Below, piece by piece: positions 58,613-64,000 of a stretch of DNA of 64,000 nt. The notes below the pieces were generated by a model. It was not told the DNA's origin, ran no database searches, and saw only the letters and a list, made by a program, of their open reading frames with translations. Positions within the stretch are counted from its first letter, which is position 1. Every line of letters begins with the position of its first letter. The position numbers were made by a program, and so were the translations under genes. Origin of the DNA: an uncultured Flavobacteriaceae bacterium (GTDB taxonomy: Bacteria; Bacteroidota; Bacteroidia; Flavobacteriales; Flavobacteriaceae); assembly GCA_947488345.1 (NCBI GenBank), contig CANKZQ010000001.1:660518-724517 (forward strand), given 5' to 3'.

Positions 58613-59653
58613 TTAATTCTTTTGGAAATGTTGCTCAACATATTTTTTAACGAGCCCATCGAAATCATTTTGATGCTCTACAAAAGCCGTTTCGATAGGT
58701 AAATAATATATATGTTCGTTGCCGATATCAAAAGCCCTCACATAATCTTTCTCTGTAGTTAATATGAGTTTTTTATCATTCCTCATGCCTTCAAACTCGG
58801 TCTGTATCTTTGATAATTCTTTAGCTGTAAACTGATGGTGATCGGGATACTTTAAATGTGTATACTTCACATTTTTTTGCTTTAAAAACTCACAAAGAGG
58901 TGTTGTTCTTGCAATTCCTGTCACTAGTAATACCTCATAATTCTGTAAATCGTGTACCTGTATATTATTTACACCAACGATGGCTTCCGCGTAAGCGATT
59001 TTAGAAAAGAAAACCGTCTGATGCATTTCAGGCTGAAGTTTATCTGCTATTTCGAATTGCTCTGATTCAGACAGCGTTTCGGGGCATTTCGTAACAATAA
59101 TTACTTGCGCCCTACTCGCTCCGCTTACTTTTTCACGCAAATCTCCTGTTGGCAACATGGCGTCCTCTACATATAAATTGGCATACGGTGTCAGTAATAT
59201 GTTAAATCCTGCTGCCACTTTTCGATGTTGAAAGGCGTCGTCTAATAAAATAACGTCAGGAGGGTTCTCGAGTGATTCGAGTTGACGAATTCCATTTACA
59301 CGATCGGCATCTACTGCAATCAAGCAATTTTTAAACTTCTTATAAAATTGCATAGGTTCGTCACCAATCGTTTTGGCCGTAGCGCTAGCATCTGCCAATA
59401 CAAAACCTTTAGATTGTCTTTTATAACCTCTACTTAACACAGCAATCTTATAAGTATCTTGTAGAAGTCGAATAAGGTATTCTATCTGAGGTGATTTTCC
59501 TGTTCCTCCAACGCTTAAGTTACCAACGACAATTGTAGGCATATCAAAGCGTGTTGATTTTAATACCTTAGCATCGTACATTTTATTACGAGCTGCGGTG
59601 ATTTCTCCGTACAACAATGAAAATGGGTATAATATTTTTCGCAAGATTTTCAC
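58613..59653 (-). CDS. lpxK: Tetraacyldisaccharide 4'-kinase
   Basis: VGNLSVGGTGKSP, LSRGYKR, GDEP, LLDDAFQHR, PTGDLRE, TTEKD. Confidence 0.96.
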   Translation of the reverse strand: MKILRKILYPFSLLYGEITAARNKMYDAKVLKSTRFDMPTIVVGNLSVGGTGKSPQIEYLIRLLQDTYKIAVLSRGYKRQSKGFVLADASATAKTIGDEPMQFYKKFKNCLIAVDADRVNGIRQLESLENPPDVILLDDAFQHRKVAAGFNILLTPYANLYVEDAMLPTGDLREKVSGASRAQVIIVTKCPETLSESEQFEIADKLQPEMHQTVFFSKIAYAEAIVGVNNIQVHDLQNYEVLLVTGIARTTPLCEFLKQKNVKYTHLKYPDHHQFTAKELSKIQTEFEGMRNDKKLILTTEKDYVRAFDIGNEHIYYLPIETAFVEHQNDFDGLVKKYVEQHFQKN

Positions 59654-59676
59654 TTCAGCGAAAGTACAAAAATAGC

Positions 59677-60822
59677 TTAATATGCTACGTTTTCTACGAT
59701 TTCTAGTCCGTAACCAATAATTCCAACACGTTTTTTGATGTACTTACCATTTGAAATCAATCGCAGTTTACTGATATTTAAATCGTGAAGAATCTGCGCA
59801 CCAATACCAAAATCTTTCTCATCGAGTTTCATCTTTGGTACTTGTCCGTCATTATCGTCTTGCAGTTCTTTAATCAATGCCAACCTATTGACCAGATTAA
59901 AAGATTGATTTTCTTGATTGATAAAAACCACGGCACCTTTACCTTCATCATTTATCAATTTAAACATTCTGCTAAAACTATCATCAGGTTTGTTTGTTAG
60001 CAATCGAATTATATCGTTATTTATTAAGGTCGAATTCACACGAACCATCACGCTCTCATCATCTTCCCACTCACCTTTTGTCAATGCTATATGTACCTGA
60101 TTATTGGTTGTTTGTTGATAGGCTCTCAAACGAAATTCACCAAAGCGAGTTTGTAAATTAAAGTCTTCTACTTTCTGAATAAGCGAATCATGCTGCATTC
60201 TATAGGCCACCAAATCTTCTATAGAGATAATCTTAAGATCAAACTTTTCAGCCACCTTCATCAGTTCTGGCAAACGCGCCATGGAGCCATCTTCGTTTAA
60301 TATCTCTACAAGAATTCCGGCTGGTTTGAAACCTGCCAATCTCGCCAAATCAATGGCCGCTTCTGTATGTCCTGTACGTCTTAAAACACCTCCATTTTTT
60401 GCCTGAAGTGGGAAAATATGACCAGGTCTACCCAGATCATGAGGTTTCGTGTCCTCATCTACCAATGATTTAATAGTTTTTGCTCGATCATGAACTGAAA
60501 TTCCTGTAGTACAACCGTTTCCTATTAAATCTACAGAAACAGTGAACTGTGTATGGTGCAAAACGGTATTGTTTTTTACCATCATATCGAGATTTAACTC
60601 TTCACACCTATCTTCAGTCAATGGAGCACATATCAGGCCGCGACCGTGCGTCGACATAAAGTTGATCATTTCTGGTGTTACCGATTCGGCCGCAGCAATA
60701 AAATCTCCTTCATTCTCGCGATCCTCATCATCTACAACAATGATCAGTTTTCCTTTTTTTATGTCGGCAATTGCCTCCTTAATTGTATGTAATTTCAACA
60801 CGTCTTTGTCAGTTGATATCAT
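59677..60822 (-). CDS. ribB: DHBP synthase fused to degenerate GTP-cyclohydrolase-II domain (RibBX-type)
   Basis: DDEDRENEGD, GLIC, RTGHTEA; C-terminal domain VRVNSTLINND lacks Zn-binding cysteines. Confidence 0.9.
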   Translation of the reverse strand: MISTDKDVLKLHTIKEAIADIKKGKLIIVVDDEDRENEGDFIAAAESVTPEMINFMSTHGRGLICAPLTEDRCEELNLDMMVKNNTVLHHTQFTVSVDLIGNGCTTGISVHDRAKTIKSLVDEDTKPHDLGRPGHIFPLQAKNGGVLRRTGHTEAAIDLARLAGFKPAGILVEILNEDGSMARLPELMKVAEKFDLKIISIEDLVAYRMQHDSLIQKVEDFNLQTRFGEFRLRAYQQTTNNQVHIALTKGEWEDDESVMVRVNSTLINNDIIRLLTNKPDDSFSRMFKLINDEGKGAVVFINQENQSFNLVNRLALIKELQDDNDGQVPKMKLDEKDFGIGAQILHDLNISKLRLISNGKYIKKRVGIIGYGLEIVENVAY

Positions 60823-60827
60823 GATAA

Positions 60828-62270
60828 TTATTCTTTAATGCGCTTCGTTTTGAATATTCCTTTAAAAAAGTCAGTAATCGGACGTAAAAATAGGTCTATA
60901 TCAAAAATACCTTTATCTCTAGTCGCTCTTCTCATTAAAAGCAGGCCAAATGGTAAGGTAATGATGGTAGCCATCCAACCTCCAACAACCGCTGTAATTG
61001 CACTAGCTTCTGCCATTTTTTTTCCTAAAGTGGAAATGAAAAAATAGATGACAAAAATAATAATCGCTAGTATCATAGGCAACCCAAAACCTCCTTTTCT
61101 TATAATCGATCCTAGTGGAGCCCCAATAAAGAATAATACAAGACACGCAAAAGAAAATGCCAAGCGCTTATGATATTCTGTATCGTATACATTCAAGAAT
61201 TTTTGTTTGTCTTTAAATGTCTTTTTATACCCTTTGATCTCGGTAAGAATTCTATCAATAGCACCTAAAGAATTATCGACGACTGCGAGTTTGCCAATAC
61301 TATCGAAATTTTGCAGCACATCAGGGTTAAACTCAGCCTTAAAAAGGGAGTCATTGTACATATTTGCCAAGCCATGCCTTTTATAAAAATTGTTAGCCTT
61401 AGAAACTATAAATTCGTCATAGGGAATTTTTAGGGAGTCTCTATAATAATCCAGCTGCTTCAGACTTAGCATCTCACGATCACTTTTATAATCAGCTACA
61501 CCCATTTGGCCAAGCTCAGAAATGTCAATATTTACTGTATACTCTTCAAAAGAGGCATTCGTAAAAGGCATGTTTTTCGATTTATTAAAAGAGCGATTTC
61601 TATTATTAATTAAATCTTCATAGTGATATCCATTTTCTAAGACTAAGGTCATGTACTTACTTCCATCTTCAGTCGTAATTCTTCCTTTCTCCGCTTTAAT
61701 GACCTTGACATTTGCATTTCCTTTATTCAAATCGTAATAAATATGTACATCTTTGAGCTTGTTCTTTTCTTCGCCATACTTTTCGGCAAACTTGATACTA
61801 TAGCCCGGAATTTCGGTATTGAAAGTTCCTGGAATCAAGGCCAGGGCAGGCTTGGTTTTTTGCATGTCAACGAGCAAGTTTTTAAACTTAAAAGCCGCCC
61901 TGGGAAAGGCATAGTTCAACACCAAAAAATTAAGACCACTTAATACAACCATCAATACAATTAACGGCCTAATAAATCGATGTAAAGAAACGCCCGCTGA
62001 TTTTACAGCAGCAAATTCATAGTTTTCTGACAAGGAACCTAAAGCCATAATTGATGAAAGTAAAATGGCAATGGGTAATGCTGTAGATATCATCATTTGA
62101 GCGATATATCCCAAAAATTTTAAAATGATAACAATACTAATTCCTTTACCAGCAATCTTATCGAATTGCAACCATAAAGTTTGCATTACTAAAACAAAAA
62201 GAACCACAAAAAAAGTGGCTAGAAATGGTTTTAAAAAGCTTTTAAGTATGTACTTGTTTAAGATTTTCAC
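60828..62270 (-). CDS. LptF/LptG-family LPS export permease
   Basis: ILNKYILKSF, LPIAILLSSIM.LG.LSEN.E..A.KSAG, GAPLGSIIRKGG. Confidence 0.92.
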   Translation of the reverse strand: MKILNKYILKSFLKPFLATFFVVLFVLVMQTLWLQFDKIAGKGISIVIILKFLGYIAQMMISTALPIAILLSSIMALGSLSENYEFAAVKSAGVSLHRFIRPLIVLMVVLSGLNFLVLNYAFPRAAFKFKNLLVDMQKTKPALALIPGTFNTEIPGYSIKFAEKYGEEKNKLKDVHIYYDLNKGNANVKVIKAEKGRITTEDGSKYMTLVLENGYHYEDLINNRNRSFNKSKNMPFTNASFEEYTVNIDISELGQMGVADYKSDREMLSLKQLDYYRDSLKIPYDEFIVSKANNFYKRHGLANMYNDSLFKAEFNPDVLQNFDSIGKLAVVDNSLGAIDRILTEIKGYKKTFKDKQKFLNVYDTEYHKRLAFSFACLVLFFIGAPLGSIIRKGGFGLPMILAIIIFVIYFFISTLGKKMAEASAITAVVGGWMATIITLPFGLLLMRRATRDKGIFDIDLFLRPITDFFKGIFKTKRIKE

Positions 62271-62298
62271 CGATCAATTTTACGCTTCAAAATTACGC

Positions 62299-62331
62299 AA
62301 AAAAAAAGTATCCCGTTATCACGGAATACTT
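62299..62331 (-). terminator. Terminator after lolA
   Basis: Minus strand AAGTATTCCGT-GATA-ACGGGATACTT followed by U-tract. Confidence 0.75.
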
Positions 62332-62357
62332 AATTATTTTATAATATTTAGTATTGA

Positions 62358-63005
62358 TTATAGCTTGTTAATCAAATACCCTTCTTTTTTATACTTCGCC
62401 TCATCGAATGTAAATAATTTACTCGATAACGGTTGATTTGTCTTGAACTTAGAAATAGTCAATGTTGTAACTGTTGAATTTTTTCCTTTTTCAATTAGAT
62501 TGTAAATATGTTTTGTTTTTACATCAATCCCTAGTAATACATTTTTGATTTCAGAATTACTATCGATAGGCATCAACTTTACAAATTGTATTTTTCTTCC
62601 ATTCATATTTTTAACCTCGTCCCAAGAGTAGGTAAACCCTTTCTTGTAAAAAGAAAAGAATTTAGAAGGAGTCAAGGTATTATCGTCATCTGCATCGGCA
62701 TCAGAAATATTTACCTCTTCATCTTCTGGAATGATTGTAAATACTTTTTTACCATCATATAGTTGATTCGTTCCTAAAAAATTCACATTGTACAAATCGC
62801 CTTTTAATGTGGCATTACCTCTTGTTTCTTGATGCACTTTTTCTTTTACATTGTCGAGTACATAGTTGAACTCAACATAAATATTTTGATAGGTATTCAT
62901 TTTTGCCGATACCTCATCAAGCAATTTCTTCGATTTGCTATCACTTTGAGCAGTCATACTAAAACCACTCAATATTACTGCTAATAAGAGTACTACTTTT
63001 TTCAT
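62358..63005 (-). CDS. lolA: Outer-membrane lipoprotein carrier protein LolA
   Basis: Signal peptide; YDGKKVFTI.PE..EV, TPSKFFSFY, FTFD; downstream of ftsK. Confidence 0.85.
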   Translation of the reverse strand: MKKVVLLLAVILSGFSMTAQSDSKSKKLLDEVSAKMNTYQNIYVEFNYVLDNVKEKVHQETRGNATLKGDLYNVNFLGTNQLYDGKKVFTIIPEDEEVNISDADADDDNTLTPSKFFSFYKKGFTYSWDEVKNMNGRKIQFVKLMPIDSNSEIKNVLLGIDVKTKHIYNLIEKGKNSTVTTLTISKFKTNQPLSSKLFTFDEAKYKKEGYLINKL

Positions 63006-63006
63006 C

Positions 63007-64000
63007 TTAACTATTTTTTTCGTTTTTCAAATGTTCTTCCAGTGCTAAAATATCAGTCACAAGTACTTGTCTCGCCTTGCTACCTTCAAACGGTCCTACA
63101 ATTCCTGATGCTTCTAATTGATCAATAATTCGTCCAGCTCTGTTATATCCTAATTTTAATTTTCGTTGTAATAAAGAAGCAGATCCCTGCTGTGCATTTA
63201 CAATTACATGAGCAGCTTCTTCAAACAATTTATCCCTGTCGTCAATGTCTATATCAAGACTTGTGCCACTTTCTTCACCAACGTATTCTGGTAGTTGATG
63301 TGCACTGGCATATGCCTTTTGCGATCCTATAAAGTCAGTTATTTTATCAACTTCAGGTGTGTCAACAAATGCACATTGTAAACGTGTTAGCTCGCTCCCA
63401 GTAGAAATTAACATATCACCTTTACCAATGAGTTGATCAGCTCCTTGTGCATCTAAAATTGTTCTAGAATCTATTTTAGAGGTTACTCTAAAAGCGACCC
63501 TTGTCGGGAAGTTCGCCTTGATCAAACCAGTAATCACATTAACCGACGGACGTTGTGTAGCTACAATCAAATGAATTCCAATCGCTCTGGCCAATTGAGC
63601 TAATCGTGCAATTGGAGCTTCGACTTCCTTTCCTGCAGTCATAATCAAATCCGCAAACTCATCAATAACCAATACAATATAGGGCAAAAATTTATGCCCA
63701 TTTTCTGGATTCAGTTTTCTTGCTTTGAATTTTTCATTGTACTCTTTAATATTTCGCACGTAGGCATCTTTGAGTAAATTATAACGATCATCCATTTCAA
63801 TACACAACGAATTCAATGTATTGACAACCTTGGTCGTATCGGTAATAATAGCGTCTTCAGAATCTGGCAGTTTTGCCAAATAGTGACGTTCAATTTTATT
63901 AAACAGAGTCAACTCTACTTTTTTAGGATCAACCAACACAAATTTCACTTCAGCGGGATGTTTCTTATAAAGCAACGAGGTAAGAACTGCATTTAAACCA
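63007..64000 (-). CDS. ftsK: DNA translocase FtsK, C-terminal part (continues past window end)
   Basis: VLVIDEFADL, RAIGIHLIVATQRPS, GSASLLQRKLKLGYNRAGRI gamma domain; frame open to 64000. Confidence 0.97.
   Translation of the reverse strand, partial: GLNAVLTSLLYKKHPAEVKFVLVDPKKVELTLFNKIERHYLAKLPDSEDAIITDTTKVVNTLNSLCIEMDDRYNLLKDAYVRNIKEYNEKFKARKLNPENGHKFLPYIVLVIDEFADLIMTAGKEVEAPIARLAQLARAIGIHLIVATQRPSVNVITGLIKANFPTRVAFRVTSKIDSRTILDAQGADQLIGKGDMLISTGSELTRLQCAFVDTPEVDKITDFIGSQKAYASAHQLPEYVGEESGTSLDIDIDDRDKLFEEAAHVIVNAQQGSASLLQRKLKLGYNRAGRIIDQLEASGIVGPFEGSKARQVLVTDILALEEHLKNEKNS

Noticed and set aside
1-64000. tRNA, rRNA, IS transposase, integrase or prophage genes
   Set aside because: No cloverleaf, rRNA, DDE, tyrosine/serine recombinase or phage structural motifs were recognised by eye. 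tRNAscan-SE and an HMM scan would confirm.

Overview
AT-rich chromosomal window from a Bacteroidota bacterium, most likely a marine Flavobacteriaceae. This rests on the gene families, the TAnnTTTG -7 promoters and the A-rich leaders without Shine-Dalgarno sites. Most of it is housekeeping: dnaK, sdaA, sanA/yaaA, rluD, ddl, coaD, pyrE, birA, rsfS-ftsH-cdsA-psd, valS, murB, aqpZ, lipA, lpxK, ribB(A), LptF/G, lolA and a partial ftsK. I saw no rRNA, tRNA, CRISPR array, transposase or integrase. Four accessory features stand out. (1) From about 23.5 to 34.6 kb, an ~11 kb same-strand gene array is separated by ~125-165 bp attC-like elements with conserved arms (TAACAACRNNYATAAT ... CATNNACAAACCGTT). 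The sequence just after one element's GTT is the reverse complement of the sequence just before the next element's AAC. This is the signature of integron-type gene cassettes, here with no integrase in the window. (2) At 43-48 kb is a five-lipoprotein cluster: sulfatase, YHYH, MORN, SCO and a di-heme peroxidase-family protein with an atypical distal-ligand position. (3) At 52.95-53.18 kb are two tandem paralogous candidate sRNAs, one behind a consensus sigma54 promoter. (4) At 53.2-58.6 kb is a membrane-AraC module containing a beta-lactamase-fold protein that has lost its catalytic motifs. All alignments and identities were done by eye; no database searches were run.
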